A stretch of DNA of 64,000 nucleotides from an uncultured bacterium (GCA_963720265.1 CAVRET010000001.1:69916-133915), one strand, 5' to 3'. Shown: positions 19,014 to 29,045, numbered from the stretch's first letter. Numbers and translations are program-made. Notes: a model not told the origin generated them from the sequence alone.

Positions 19014-20124
19014 CTCAGCCGAGATCTTGTACGTCGGCCAGGGCGGGGGCATGGAAGTGCGCATTGTCACGACGGCGGGGTTGAAGTTTGCACCGATTAC
19101 GGCTGGCAAGTTCCGGCGCAACCAGGCCGATAGCAAGATTGCCAAGCTGCTCAACCCAGCGACGCTGGGCCCGAACGTGCGTGACATTGGTCGGACTGTG
19201 CAGGGGCTAGCGGGTGCTATGCGGATCTTGCATAAGTTTAAGCCGGATGTGGTATTGGCCAAGGGCGGGTTCGTGGCCTTTCCGGTCGGACTGGCGGCGC
19301 ACTACCTGCGCATCCCATTCGTGATTCACGAATCGGACGTCACGCCGGGGCTGGGTAGCCGGGTGTTGGGCAAATGGGCGGATAAAATCGCAGTGGGGTT
19401 TCCCGTGGCGAGCTATCACGATTTTGATCGCAGCCGGCTTGTGTTTACCGGCAATCCAGTGCGGCCGGAGCTGCTTACGGCACACCGGCTCGAAGGCATG
19501 ACGAAATTCAAGCTGGAAGAGAAGCTCCCGGTGGTTTTTGTGACCGGTGGTTCCGGCGGGGCGCGCCAAATTAATGAGGTCTTGGTGCGAGCATTGCCGC
19601 AGCTACTGGAGTTTTGCCAGGTTATACATCTGACCGGGGATCGCGATTACGAGCGGGTGCGGTTTGATTTATCGCGCTTGGACAAATTAAAGCATGCCGA
19701 GCGTTATCATCCCTATGGATTTTTGATGGCAGAAATGGGAATGGCCTTTGCTGCCGCTGATATTGTGATTGCGCGGGCTGGGGCAACGACGATTTCTGAG
19801 TTGGCAGCGCTGAGGAAGCCAACCGTACTAATACCGAACTACGAAATGGCCGGACATCAGGTTATGAACGCACGCCTATTAGCCAGAAGGGGAGCGGTGC
19901 GGGTGCTGGATGGTTCGAAATTGACTCCACAGATTTTGGCCGGGGAAGTGAAGCGTCTAGTAGGGGACGAAGACGAACAAAAACGCCTCAGCAAGGCAAT
20001 AGGAGAGTTGGCCAAGCCGGAGGCTGCCCGTGAGCTGGCCGAATTGGTACTCAAGGTTGGCAGTCATTCGACGAATGGGGCAGGGGAACGGGCGGAGGAT
20101 AGGCCCGAAGGAGTGGAGTCTTGA
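18928..20124 (+). CDS. murG: Undecaprenyl-PP-MurNAc-pentapeptide GlcNAc transferase
   Basis: SGGGTAGHISP, KGGFVAFP, HESD, TGNPVR, GGSGGA, RAGATT. Confidence 0.96.
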   Translation: MRIVVSGGGTAGHISPVLATCDALKSLDSSAEILYVGQGGGMEVRIVTTAGLKFAPITAGKFRRNQADSKIAKLLNPATLGPNVRDIGRTVQGLAGAMRILHKFKPDVVLAKGGFVAFPVGLAAHYLRIPFVIHESDVTPGLGSRVLGKWADKIAVGFPVASYHDFDRSRLVFTGNPVRPELLTAHRLEGMTKFKLEEKLPVVFVTGGSGGARQINEVLVRALPQLLEFCQVIHLTGDRDYERVRFDLSRLDKLKHAERYHPYGFLMAEMGMAFAAADIVIARAGATTISELAALRKPTVLIPNYEMAGHQVMNARLLARRGAVRVLDGSKLTPQILAGEVKRLVGDEDEQKRLSKAIGELAKPEAARELAELVLKVGSHSTNGAGERAEDRPEGVES

Positions 20125-20924
20125 ACGAGCGGAGAGTGCGGTCGGGTGGGCGCCAAATTTATACTACGCGGCCGCAGCCGGCAATGCGTCCGAGGCGGCA
20201 GAGCAGTAGGCCGAAGCTGAGCCGGATGCAATGGCGCGTGGTTGTGCTTATGGTGTTCGTGTTGTTGGTGCTGTTTGGTTTGTCGCAGGCATTTGCGGTA
20301 CGTAAGGTGACAGTACAGGCGCCCGGTAATGCAGCGAGCGTTCAGGCGACCGCGCAGAGCATTGTGCAGTCATCATTTTGGTCAGATAATTTGCTGACAT
20401 TTAACAGTGGGGCATTGTCGTCAAAGTTACAACAGGACGATCCGGCGATTAAAGCCGTGGTAGTCCGGCGCCAGTGGCCGCATGCGTTGGTGGTGGCCGT
20501 TACGATGCAGCTGCCGAGCCTTGGCTGGTCAACGGATGGACAAGAATACCTGCTCGACCGCGACGGAAGCGTGATTGGGCCGCTGCCCGGCGGTTCCACG
20601 TTGCCGGTCGTGACTGATAATAGTAACCTGCCCGTAACCGACGGCAAAGAGGTCGTGTCAGCGGTGTTCGTGGCCTTTGTGCAGGCGTTAGTGCCGGCCC
20701 TTTCGGCCAACGGCTACCAGGTGCAGGGCATGAGCATCCAGGATACGACATACGACCTGACGGTTAAGACAAATAAGGGCTACAATCTCATCTTTGACAC
20801 AACTCGCGGCGTGAGTAGTGAGATAGCGGACCTGCAGGCGGTGCAAAAGGTGCTGGTAGCGCAGAAGCAGACGCCGGCGAGTTATATCGACCTGAGGATT
20901 GCAGGCAAGGCGTACTATGAATGA
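20121..20924 (+). CDS. ftsQ: FtsQ/DivIB-like cell division protein
   Basis: Basic N-terminus, TM, POTRA-like RQWPH.L.V, C-terminal YIDLR. Confidence 0.82.
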   Translation: MNERRVRSGGRQIYTTRPQPAMRPRRQSSRPKLSRMQWRVVVLMVFVLLVLFGLSQAFAVRKVTVQAPGNAASVQATAQSIVQSSFWSDNLLTFNSGALSSKLQQDDPAIKAVVVRRQWPHALVVAVTMQLPSLGWSTDGQEYLLDRDGSVIGPLPGGSTLPVVTDNSNLPVTDGKEVVSAVFVAFVQALVPALSANGYQVQGMSIQDTTYDLTVKTNKGYNLIFDTTRGVSSEIADLQAVQKVLVAQKQTPASYIDLRIAGKAYYE

Positions 20925-21239
20925 TCACTTCCCTGTTCTAAGTTCGGTTTTTGTTTATTTAAAAACAGGTATTTTTGTGAATTGTGCTTCCGTCCGGAAT
21001 TTTTCCGGCAGCGAGGAAGGGTGAAAAATAGGGGAATAGTGCGAAAAATAGTGAGCTAAATTTGATCCTTGAATTTGGCCTAGATTGATGGTTTTAGCGG
21101 TTTTTAGGAGGTTTGTGGCGTAAAATATACATTGTGCGACACAATGTCGTTGTGCTTCTGGCCGACCTACGTATCGACTTTGTGCTAATTTGGACGTTCT
21201 ATGAGCGCTGGCGTGCTCTAACCGTGCTGTTTTGCGCTG

Positions 21240-24119
21240 TTAGCGAAAACTAATTGCTTCCCCCGGCGCAACCGTAGCCGTCTGGTGATGCGTAGCTGGT
21301 TGTGGCGGTTGTTGTACAGCGGTAGGCTGCGTGGCTTGGGCGGGTACAGCGGGTACAGCGGGTACAGCGGGTACAGCGGGTACAGCGGGCGTTGCGGCTG
21401 GTGTGCGGGCCGGGAACGGTCCAGCCGAAGCGGACGGGGGAATGTGCGCCTGTCCCCCGTTTCCTCTCCGTGCTTCTCCCCTGCTTGCGTTTTCGTGGCG
21501 CGAGTGGTCGCCGCCCGCCCTGCTTCCTTGTCGATCTCCTCCACTTCTATTGGCATTCCCCCGCTGCATGGTGGGTGGCAGGCCGGGATTTTTAAGACTA
21601 CCTAAAAATTCTTTGTTCGGGTTTTGTGTGCGTTCGGCGACTGCTTCAGCTTGAGCCTCTTCCTGTGTGGCAGTGCGTGAACGGATGTCGGCTTCAACCG
21701 CGTCGCGATGAGAGGCGTAATGTGCGCGCGACATTTCGATAATCTGAGGCGTGCGATCGTATTCGGGGTCGGGCATACGTAAGGTCGTGGCCGAGAACGG
21801 TGCGGCTTTTTCGCCATTGATAATCATGGAGATGAAAATGTTCTGGTTGTGGAGCTTGGTAAGGTCGGCAGCCTCGAATGTGGGCTCGTAGTATTTGCCC
21901 AGCACAACCGCATCGCCCGGTCCGATACGGAACGTGATCATGGTACCGACGTTACCAAAAACGGCGTCGCGCACGACTTCGGGCATCTGAGCGACGTACT
22001 GGTTGGCGACGGTCAGGTTAAGGCCATACTTGCGGGCCTCGGACAGGATAACGGCGAACGAATCGGTGGCGAAGTTTTGGAACTCATCGACGTACAAGTA
22101 GAAGGGCCGGCGTTGATCGAGTGGCATGTCTGCGCGGGACATGGCGGCGAGCTGGATCTTGGTGACCATAAGGGCGCCCAAAATAGCAGCGTTGTCCTCC
22201 CCCACTTGACCGCGGCTGAGGTTGACGATAAGGATTTTGCCTTGGTCCATGATTTCGCGAATGTTGAAGGCAGATTCTTTTTGGCCGATGATGTTGCGGA
22301 TGAGCGGGTTGGCCACAAAGGCGCCGACCTTGTTCAGTACAGGAGCGACCGCCTCAGAGGCGAACTTTTCGTTCCAGGAGGCAAATTCGGTGACCCAGAA
22401 GCTGCGCACCACCGGGTCTTGAATGTGGGCTATCACGCGCTTACGGAAGGCCTTTTCGTTGAGCAGGCGTGGAATGTCGATCATGGTGGCGCCGGGGAAA
22501 TCGAGCAAGGCGAGCGCGGTGTAGCGCAGGATGTACTCGAGACGCGGGCCCCAGGAGTTTTCGAACATACGCTTGAGCACGCCTACGAGCTCAGACGCGA
22601 TATGGTTTTTAACATCTTCATCAACGACTTCGAGCGGGTTGAAGGCCATGGGAAAGTTGCGATCGGTGGCGTTGAAGTAGACGACATCCTGGAGTCGATG
22701 CTCGGGGATATATTTCATGACATCGGTGGCGAGGTCGCCGTGAGGGTCGACAATGGCGAAGCCCTCGTCGTGATAAATGTCGGATAGTGTGAGGAGTTGG
22801 AGCAAAAACGATTTGCCGGCGCCGGTTTGACCAACGACGTACATGTGGCGGCCACGGTCGGACCGCTTGATGCCAAATTTGAGCTGACGGCCGCGGAAAT
22901 TGGACAACCCAAAAAGGCTCAGGGCGTCGGGCTCGGTGAGGCCCTCGGTCGGCACGTTAGCCGGTGGCTCGGAGGTTTTGGCCGTGGTCCAGGCCATGTT
23001 GGGCGTTTCGACAGATTTGTGCGGTAAGTGATAGAGCGAGGCCAGCTCCTCGATGTTTAAGGTGTAGCCGCGATCAAAGAACAGCCGGGCCTGATAATCT
23101 TGTAAAAATTCCGGAGAATTGTACATTTTGGCATTGGTGAAGCCATTTAAGTTGGTGGTGTTGAACTGCTTAAAGCCACCGACGAGAGCCTGCAGGCGCT
23201 GCCGGGCGGTGGCTTCATCCGGCCCCAGATAGGCGATGCGGATTTTTACTTGGTAGCCGAGTTTGGTCATTTTTTCCTCAACCGCCTTAATAACGGTTTG
23301 TTGGCCGGTTGAAAGCTCTACTTTGGGCGTTTCCTTTTTGGCTGCGTTGGCACTCGGCGGTGTGGCTAAGGCCTTAAACGCATTGGACAGGATATAAATC
23401 GGGATCTGAAGCATGATGTCCATGAAGCGCTTGGTCATATCGGGTGTACCACCGCCCTTAACACCCTCAATGTAGCGCTTGCCGTCGTCTTGCCATGAGT
23501 CGTCAACCGGCCGGGCCAAAATTTGGATCCACGCCTCCTCCCCCATTTGCTCGAGCTTGGCGAGCACGCCGGTAATGCCGGCGAGAGGATCGACCTCGAA
23601 GCTAGCGAAGGTCTTGATGGGTGTTACGGCGTCTTTGGTGAGGCCGAGTTCCGTGCCGTAAATCGTGCGGCCGGCCACATCGACCTGTGAGTAGTCGTCA
23701 GGGTTTTCCTTGATTTGGACTGTGGGATACTGAGCGTAAATTTGGCTCTCAACAAAGTCTTTGAGATGAGTTGGGGTCCAGACGTAAAACTGGATGGCGC
23801 CTTTTCTCGATACGATTTCGAACGAAACGTGCTCCTGGATGGCGCCCTCGCGCTGCAGCTCAGAATGCGGGCGCAAAATACCGTGCAAGGAGGCAAACAT
23901 CTGCTCGGCCGAAAGCTCTTTTTTCTCGTTGTCGCGTGGGACTTCGATGAGTAGTAGCACGTTGTCGACAGTCTCGACCCAGTGCTCACGGCGGCGGTTT
24001 TGCCAGACCAAATAACCAAGCACCGCCACCACCACGACCCAACCGTTGAATCGGAATAAAATGAGGCCGATAAGATCAAGGATAGCCGTAACTGGGCTCA
24101 GGAGACTTGAGATATTCGT
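21240..24119 (-). CDS. VirD4/TraD-like (HerA/DUF87) type IV secretion coupling ATPase with N-terminal TM; probable ACG start
   Basis: RHMYVVGQTGAGKS Walker A, VDPHGDL, LYVDEFQNF Walker B, LSEARKY..LTVANQY; frame is open to ACG at 24119 behind AGGAGG (track start GTG 24035). Confidence 0.85.
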   Translation of the reverse strand, partial: TNISSLLSPVTAILDLIGLILFRFNGWVVVVAVLGYLVWQNRRREHWVETVDNVLLLIEVPRDNEKKELSAEQMFASLHGILRPHSELQREGAIQEHVSFEIVSRKGAIQFYVWTPTHLKDFVESQIYAQYPTVQIKENPDDYSQVDVAGRTIYGTELGLTKDAVTPIKTFASFEVDPLAGITGVLAKLEQMGEEAWIQILARPVDDSWQDDGKRYIEGVKGGGTPDMTKRFMDIMLQIPIYILSNAFKALATPPSANAAKKETPKVELSTGQQTVIKAVEEKMTKLGYQVKIRIAYLGPDEATARQRLQALVGGFKQFNTTNLNGFTNAKMYNSPEFLQDYQARLFFDRGYTLNIEELASLYHLPHKSVETPNMAWTTAKTSEPPANVPTEGLTEPDALSLFGLSNFRGRQLKFGIKRSDRGRHMYVVGQTGAGKSFLLQLLTLSDIYHDEGFAIVDPHGDLATDVMKYIPEHRLQDVVYFNATDRNFPMAFNPLEVVDEDVKNHIASELVGVLKRMFENSWGPRLEYILRYTALALLDFPGATMIDIPRLLNEKAFRKRVIAHIQDPVVRSFWVTEFASWNEKFASEAVAPVLNKVGAFVANPLIRNIIGQKESAFNIREIMDQGKILIVNLSRGQVGEDNAAILGALMVTKIQLAAMSRADMPLDQRRPFYLYVDEFQNFATDSFAVILSEARKYGLNLTVANQYVAQMPEVVRDAVFGNVGTMITFRIGPGDAVVLGKYYEPTFEAADLTKLHNQNIFISMIINGEKAAPFSATTLRMPDPEYDRTPQIIEMSRAHYASHRDAVEADIRSRTATQEEAQAEAVAERTQNPNKEFLGSLKNPGLPPTMQRGNANRSGGDRQGSRAGGDHSRHENASRGEARRGNGGQAHIPPSASAGPFPARTPAATPAVPAVPAVPAVPAVPAQATQPTAVQQPPQPATHHQTATVAPGEAISFR
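21341..21389. repeat. 9-bp tandem repeat (CGGGTACAG)x5 encoding (PAV)n
   Basis: Five exact copies, in frame within the disordered C-terminal tail of the ATPase. Confidence 0.95.
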
Positions 24120-24167
24120 AGTTGCCCTCCTCTGTGCGCTGTTATGTGGCGACTAAGTGGTACGCGA

Positions 24168-25205
24168 TTAGTCTTCTTTTAGTTTATACGTTGCTTTGGC
24201 CGTGCGCTGGAATTGGTCTTTTTCTTGCAGGTTGAGAATGATGGTGGTGGTTTTGACCTGGCGCTTAGCTAGCACGCGGCGGACGATCTCGTCCTTGTGC
24301 AGTGGCTGCTCACCACGAAGGATGTCAACAATGATGTCAGCTACGGTGCCGGGTGTGTAGCCCCATTCGGCAAGGGCGTAGATGCCGCGGCCGATAAGAA
24401 TAAAGCGCTGGTCTTTGATGAGCTCGTTGTGGACGGCCTGGACTGTCACATTGCGCTTGGTAGTGCCAAGGCCGCGCACGTGGGTCGCGATGTCGGAAAA
24501 GTGCAGCGGTCGGCCGTGACGTGACAGTACTAGGTAGGTCTTGTCACGGATGCTCTTGGGGTTGACCTCAGGCCAGCTTGTAAGCCCCCACTTGCCGTCA
24601 AAGTGGGCCAGGTGCTTAGAGGCACGCATGAGCTGCTCAAGCGTGATACTTTCAAGCTCGGACGGCAGTTTGGCTTTGAGCTTAGCGAGCGTCGGCGGTT
24701 TGCCGTAGTCTTTGATGGTTTTGATAATCTCGGCCAGCAGAGCCATAACGTTGGCGCGCGAGTAAATTGGGGCCAAAGTGATGGCTTGGCGAATGTCGTC
24801 GTCTTCTTCGATGAGCTCAACGCCTGGGGCTAGGAGCGCCAAGAATACGAGGTATGGGGTGTCGTTTGCCGGTGCGCCGACGGCGGCCGCCACGTCACTC
24901 GTGAGGGCTACACCGCCGGTCCCTGCTACGATGTCACGCAATAAAGCGTCGGCCCGAGCAATTTCGGCCGATTCGCTGGCCCGCATTTTGGCAATGGCGG
25001 CCTTTTCGATCTGGCGCACACGTTCGCGGGTGATATCAAAGTCGCTGCCGATCTTTTCGAGCGTTTGGCGACGGGTCAAACCAAAGCCAAACCGCCGCGC
25101 AATAATTTGGCGGTCACGATCCCTGCGCAACTCGGCCAGGATCTGGTTGGCGCTGGCTTTGTAGTCGTAGGTGGTGTTGGGTTTGGCTGTAGTTTCGTTT
25201 GTCAT
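24168..25205 (-). CDS. Sigma70 region-4-like HTH plus C-terminal HARE-HTH/RNAP-delta-like protein
   Basis: RRFG..TLEKIG..ITRERVRQIE (sigma4), PLHFSDI...VHNELIKDQRFILIGRGIYALAEWG. Confidence 0.8.
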   Translation of the reverse strand: MTNETTAKPNTTYDYKASANQILAELRRDRDRQIIARRFGFGLTRRQTLEKIGSDFDITRERVRQIEKAAIAKMRASESAEIARADALLRDIVAGTGGVALTSDVAAAVGAPANDTPYLVFLALLAPGVELIEEDDDIRQAITLAPIYSRANVMALLAEIIKTIKDYGKPPTLAKLKAKLPSELESITLEQLMRASKHLAHFDGKWGLTSWPEVNPKSIRDKTYLVLSRHGRPLHFSDIATHVRGLGTTKRNVTVQAVHNELIKDQRFILIGRGIYALAEWGYTPGTVADIIVDILRGEQPLHKDEIVRRVLAKRQVKTTTIILNLQEKDQFQRTAKATYKLKED

Positions 25206-25213
25206 ACTCAAAA

Positions 25214-25242
25214 AGTATAAAACATTATAGGAATAGTGTCAA
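25214..25242 (-). promoter_or_regulatory. Consensus-like sigma70 promoter, leaderless
   Basis: TTGACA-17 nt-TATACT, 8 nt before ATG 25205. Confidence 0.75.
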
Positions 25243-25295
25243 CAATATTGTGTACTCTTCACTCCCCCGCCCTATTGTTGTCTTGTGATGTAATA

Positions 25296-26168
25296 TTATA
25301 ACAAACCCGGCCGATTGTAAATGGCCTCGAGTTCTGGGCGCGCACTAGCTACAACACGGTTGGCATTGAGCCAACCCGCGACACTGCCTGAGTCGAGATA
25401 CTGTCCGTGGGCGCGCTGCACTACGACATCATGTTCCTTGGCGGCAGCTAATACACCGTCGGTAATTAAAAACTCTCTGGATTTCGGGTCGGTCTTTATA
25501 CGCGTAATATAGGGAATCATATCCGGCGACATAATGTATTTCGAAATGTTAATAACATTGGAGGGCTCGTCGCCGGGGGCTGGCTTTTCGACAAGGTCGC
25601 TGAGATAATCTACCCCTTCGTGCTCCCTAATGCCAAAGACACCGTATCTATGCAACTCGGCGACAGGACGTTCGAGGCCCATGAGGGCACCAAAGGCATT
25701 AGAACCGGTGAATGCTTCGACTAACACTTTCATATCTGAGCCGCCGTCAGCACGCCACAAGAAGTCATCCCCGGCGCAGACGACAATAGCTTCGTTTTTG
25801 GGCAGGTGCGGAATTGCTACACGGAGCGGGACGCCGCTGCCATAACCAGCACTCTCGGGCTGCTCCACGAACGTATAGGTAGCTTGTTCGTGAATGACCT
25901 TGAGTTTTGCCAGGGTGTCGTGTTTACCAAATCGCTCCAAGTGGCTCTCTAGGACTGTATTTCCGACGTAATAGTCTTGCAGACCGTGTGAGTTGGGGCG
26001 GATAACGAAGATAAAGTTATTGATGCCAGCTGCCAGACAGTCGCCTACCACATAGTCAATGACGGGACGGTCCAGTATGGGCAGCAGCTCTTTTTGAACC
26101 GCAGCCGTGACTGGCAACATGCGGCTGCCAAAACCGGAGGCAAAGATGACAGCGGTGGTTACTTTCAT
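25296..26168 (-). CDS. galU: UTP--glucose-1-phosphate uridylyltransferase (GalU-like)
   Basis: ASGFGSRMLP.T....KELLPILDRPVI, YG..LVEKP, YLDSG. Confidence 0.8.
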   Translation of the reverse strand: MKVTTAVIFASGFGSRMLPVTAAVQKELLPILDRPVIDYVVGDCLAAGINNFIFVIRPNSHGLQDYYVGNTVLESHLERFGKHDTLAKLKVIHEQATYTFVEQPESAGYGSGVPLRVAIPHLPKNEAIVVCAGDDFLWRADGGSDMKVLVEAFTGSNAFGALMGLERPVAELHRYGVFGIREHEGVDYLSDLVEKPAPGDEPSNVINISKYIMSPDMIPYITRIKTDPKSREFLITDGVLAAAKEHDVVVQRAHGQYLDSGSVAGWLNANRVVASARPELEAIYNRPGLL

Positions 26169-26182
26169 GGTAGGATCTCCTC

Positions 26183-27202
26183 TTAACTAAAATAAATTCG
26201 CATGATGAGCCTGGCAAGTTTATCAGGGTCATGACGGATGAATGTGCGTGGGATACGCTGCTCGACGGCCGAGAGCTTCGGGATGGTGTCGGAGACGAGA
26301 TCGGCGCCGATAGCCTGGTAGTGGGCTGCTTTTAGGGCTTTTGCGTCATAACCAACAGCATATTCCCCTGCTGTAGCATATTTTTCAAGTAGGGCTCGGC
26401 TCGGCCGGTTGGTGTTGAATATTAGGAAATCGAGTCGGCCGGCGCCGATAAAGCGCTCAATCTCGCGAGCAAAATCATGGGCCTTAAAGCCGTCTGTTTG
26501 GCCGGCCTTGGTAACAAGGTTGGAGACATAGATAACTTTGGCCCGGCTGGCAGCTAGAGTTTCGGTGGCTCCGGGCACAATCAGTGTGGGCGCGAGTGAC
26601 GTATAGAGGTTGCCTGGCGCAATGATCACGAGATCGGCTTCGGTGAGTGCAGTTTTCGCCTCAGGGTTGAGTTTGGCGGGCGGATCGAGCGACAGTTTTG
26701 GCTGAGCTTTGGCGAGCACATATTGTTGGATTTCGTACTGGCCGCGGATGACCCGACCGTCTGATTCGGTTAATACGAGATGTGTATCGCTGAGCGTGAC
26801 CGGTACAACACGGCCGGTAATGGCGAGCATCCGGCTGGCAGCTGTAACCGCTTCGGCGAAGCTGCCGGTGGTTTTTTCAAGCGCGGTGAGAAATAAGTTG
26901 CCAAACGAGTGGCCCTCAAGCGCGCCGGCCTCGAAGCGGTAGTTGAAGAGTCCGCGCATTGAGCTGTCGGCTTCGGATAGCGCGACCAGACACTGGCGGA
27001 CGTCGCCGGGCGGTAAGGCGCCGAGCTCGTCACGTAGTGCGCCGGTGGAGCCGCCGTTATCTGACATGTTTACAATGGCCGTAATGTCCCGGGCGTAGGC
27101 TTTGAGACCTGAAAGTACTGCAAACGAGCCGGTGCCGCCGCCGATGACCACGACTTTGGGGCCGCTATGGGATTGGGTTGTCCTGTCTTGGTTTTTTGAC
27201 AT
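26183..27202 (-). CDS. yvcK: YvcK/GlmR (CofD-related) family protein
   Basis: IGGGTG, DNGGSTG.LR.ELG.LPPGDVR.CL, GHSFGNL, PGNLYTS, RHDPDKLA. Confidence 0.92.
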   Translation of the reverse strand: MSKNQDRTTQSHSGPKVVVIGGGTGSFAVLSGLKAYARDITAIVNMSDNGGSTGALRDELGALPPGDVRQCLVALSEADSSMRGLFNYRFEAGALEGHSFGNLFLTALEKTTGSFAEAVTAASRMLAITGRVVPVTLSDTHLVLTESDGRVIRGQYEIQQYVLAKAQPKLSLDPPAKLNPEAKTALTEADLVIIAPGNLYTSLAPTLIVPGATETLAASRAKVIYVSNLVTKAGQTDGFKAHDFAREIERFIGAGRLDFLIFNTNRPSRALLEKYATAGEYAVGYDAKALKAAHYQAIGADLVSDTIPKLSAVEQRIPRTFIRHDPDKLARLIMRIYFS

Positions 27203-28591
27203 TTAAAATGAGGTGAGCTGCTTGGCTAGGACTTCCCCTAGCTTAGCGATTTTGACACGAGTTTGCTTCATGGTGTCGCGGTGGCGGATGGTGACGGATT
27301 GGTCTTCGAGCGAGTCAAAATCCACAACCACGCACAGCGGCGTGCCGATTTCGTCTTGGCGGCGGTAGCGTTTGCCGATGTTGCCGTTGTCGTCGTAGGC
27401 TACGGCGCCGAATTTTGCCTTGGTGTCGGTAAAAACCTCGCGTGCCAGCTTTACGAGTTCGGGCTTGTTACGCAAGAGCGGTGAGACAGCGATCTTGACC
27501 GGTGCCAGTTCCGGCTTGAGGTGCAAGACCACTCGGGTGTCACTCTCCCCTATTTGCTCTTCTTCATAGGCTGCCGCCAATACGGCCAGCACATGGCGGT
27601 CGAGGCCAAAGGTGGGTTCGACCACATGAGGAATGAATTTTTTGCCGGCCTCGTCGGTGTAGCTAAGGTCGGTGCCGGAGTGCTTGGTATGGTTTGAGAG
27701 GTCGAAGTCGGTTCGGTAGGCCATGCCGGCAATTTCTTTGACGCCAAACGGGAATCTGTACTCAAAGTCGATGGTTTTTTTAGAGTAGTGCGCGCGATCG
27801 GCAGCCGGGACGTTGAGCTCATGGATATCGGATGCTGCGAGGCCAATCCGGTTAAACCAGGCGTGAGCAAGTTTTTGCATGTCGGCGAATGTTTGCTCCC
27901 AGATGTCAGGGTCAATGAAGTACTCAAACTCCATGATGTCGAATTCGCGCACACGGAAGATAAAATCTTTGGGTGTGATTTCGTTACGGAAGTTTTTGCC
28001 GATTTGGGCGAGGCCAAACGGCAGCTTGGGGTGCAGCGAGTCGAGCACGTTTTTGAAGTTTACAAACATGCCTTGGGCGGTTTCGCCGCGCAGATATGCG
28101 ATTGAGGTCGAATCTTCGGTGCTGCCAATGCGGACTGGGAACATAAGGTTGAACTGGCGGGCCGACGTGAGCTCGTTACCGGCCGGGCTTTTGATTTTTA
28201 GCTCTATAATTTTGGCGTCCATCTCCGGGACAGTGAGGCTCGCGGCATCGTCCACGCCGTTGTCTTCGAGCAAATGGTCTGCCCGGTAGCGCACGTGTGT
28301 GACTTTGTCTTCTACGAGCGGGTCGGCAAATCCGGCGCCGGTGTGGCCGCTGGCTTCCCAGACTTTAGCATTCATGAGGATTGCGGTATCGAGGCCAAAC
28401 ATGTCCTCGCGTTCGGTCACGAAGTGCTGCCACCATAGGTTCTTGATGTTGTTTTTGAGTAAAACACCGTATGGACCGTAATCCCAGGTGCCGGCTAGAC
28501 CGCCGTAGATCTCGGAGCCCTGAAAAATAAAACCACGCCGCTTGGCGAGTGATACGAGTGTTTCTAACGTTATTTCAGGGGTTTTGGGCAT
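27203..28591 (-). CDS. glyQS: Glycine--tRNA ligase, alpha2 (GlyRS1) type
   Basis: KRRGFIF..SEIYGG, YLRGETAQG, QIGKNFRNEI, RAHYS, IGKRYRRQDEIGTP. Confidence 0.96.
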   Translation of the reverse strand: MPKTPEITLETLVSLAKRRGFIFQGSEIYGGLAGTWDYGPYGVLLKNNIKNLWWQHFVTEREDMFGLDTAILMNAKVWEASGHTGAGFADPLVEDKVTHVRYRADHLLEDNGVDDAASLTVPEMDAKIIELKIKSPAGNELTSARQFNLMFPVRIGSTEDSTSIAYLRGETAQGMFVNFKNVLDSLHPKLPFGLAQIGKNFRNEITPKDFIFRVREFDIMEFEYFIDPDIWEQTFADMQKLAHAWFNRIGLAASDIHELNVPAADRAHYSKKTIDFEYRFPFGVKEIAGMAYRTDFDLSNHTKHSGTDLSYTDEAGKKFIPHVVEPTFGLDRHVLAVLAAAYEEEQIGESDTRVVLHLKPELAPVKIAVSPLLRNKPELVKLAREVFTDTKAKFGAVAYDDNGNIGKRYRRQDEIGTPLCVVVDFDSLEDQSVTIRHRDTMKQTRVKIAKLGEVLAKQLTSF

Positions 28592-28600
28592 GATGGTTCC

Positions 28601-28906
28601 TTAAAAATGTAAATTGTCCGGTGAAGTGAGGTCATTATAGTCATCTTCGCCGAGCGAGCCAACCTCAAGCAGGTAGGCCAGGTCGGCGAGGTAGCTGTCG
28701 GTAACTTCTGCTAGGCGCGGTGACTTGCGGTCGGCCAGGATGCGCAGGGTGGCGATGGAATCTCTTATGAATTCCTCGACTTCATCGGCTGTCATCATCT
28801 CGCCCTCGGTGAGCTCGGGGTTTGATACACAGCGGGCCGGCGGCTCAACACCATTGGCTTCAAAATCCGCCAGTCGCCAGGCGAGTTCAGATGCAGGACG
28901 GTTCAT
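28601..28906 (-). CDS. Hypothetical acidic 101-aa protein
   Basis: Leaderless TAAAAT-6-ATG start; ends 9 nt before glyQS; 5' end duplicated at 29483-29563. Confidence 0.7.
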   Translation of the reverse strand: MNRPASELAWRLADFEANGVEPPARCVSNPELTEGEMMTADEVEEFIRDSIATLRILADRKSPRLAEVTDSYLADLAYLLEVGSLGEDDYNDLTSPDNLHF

Positions 28907-28945
28907 TGGGTTATTTTAGCAGATCATTCCAGGCTAAATTGAGCT

Positions 28946-28986
28946 GCTACTCCCAGGCGGTCGGCGCGCGGCCGCCTGGGAGTAGC
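28946..28986 (-). terminator. GC-rich 18-bp stem-loop
   Basis: GCTACTCCCAGGCGGTCG-gcgcg-CGGCCGCCTGGGAGTAGC. Confidence 0.65.
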
Positions 28987-29045
28987 TCGCAATGGGACTG
29001 GTGGTGGCTGGTGAGCCGCCGTGGTGACCGGATGGATGAGCCCGT

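Noticed and set aside
20925-21239. Hidden gene or ncRNA in the AT-rich gap after ftsQ
   Set aside because: No credible ORF, only weak hairpins between convergent genes; no tRNA cloverleaf recognised
21341-21389. CRISPR-like repeat
   Set aside because: Contiguous 9-bp units with no spacers, in frame within a CDS; no cas genes in the window
21849-22787. Long antisense ORFs (for example 21849-22787 +, 56054-56836 +, 5739-6560 -, 737-1363 -)
   Set aside because: They shadow well-supported genes on the opposite strand, as expected from GC-rich codon bias, and show no domain features
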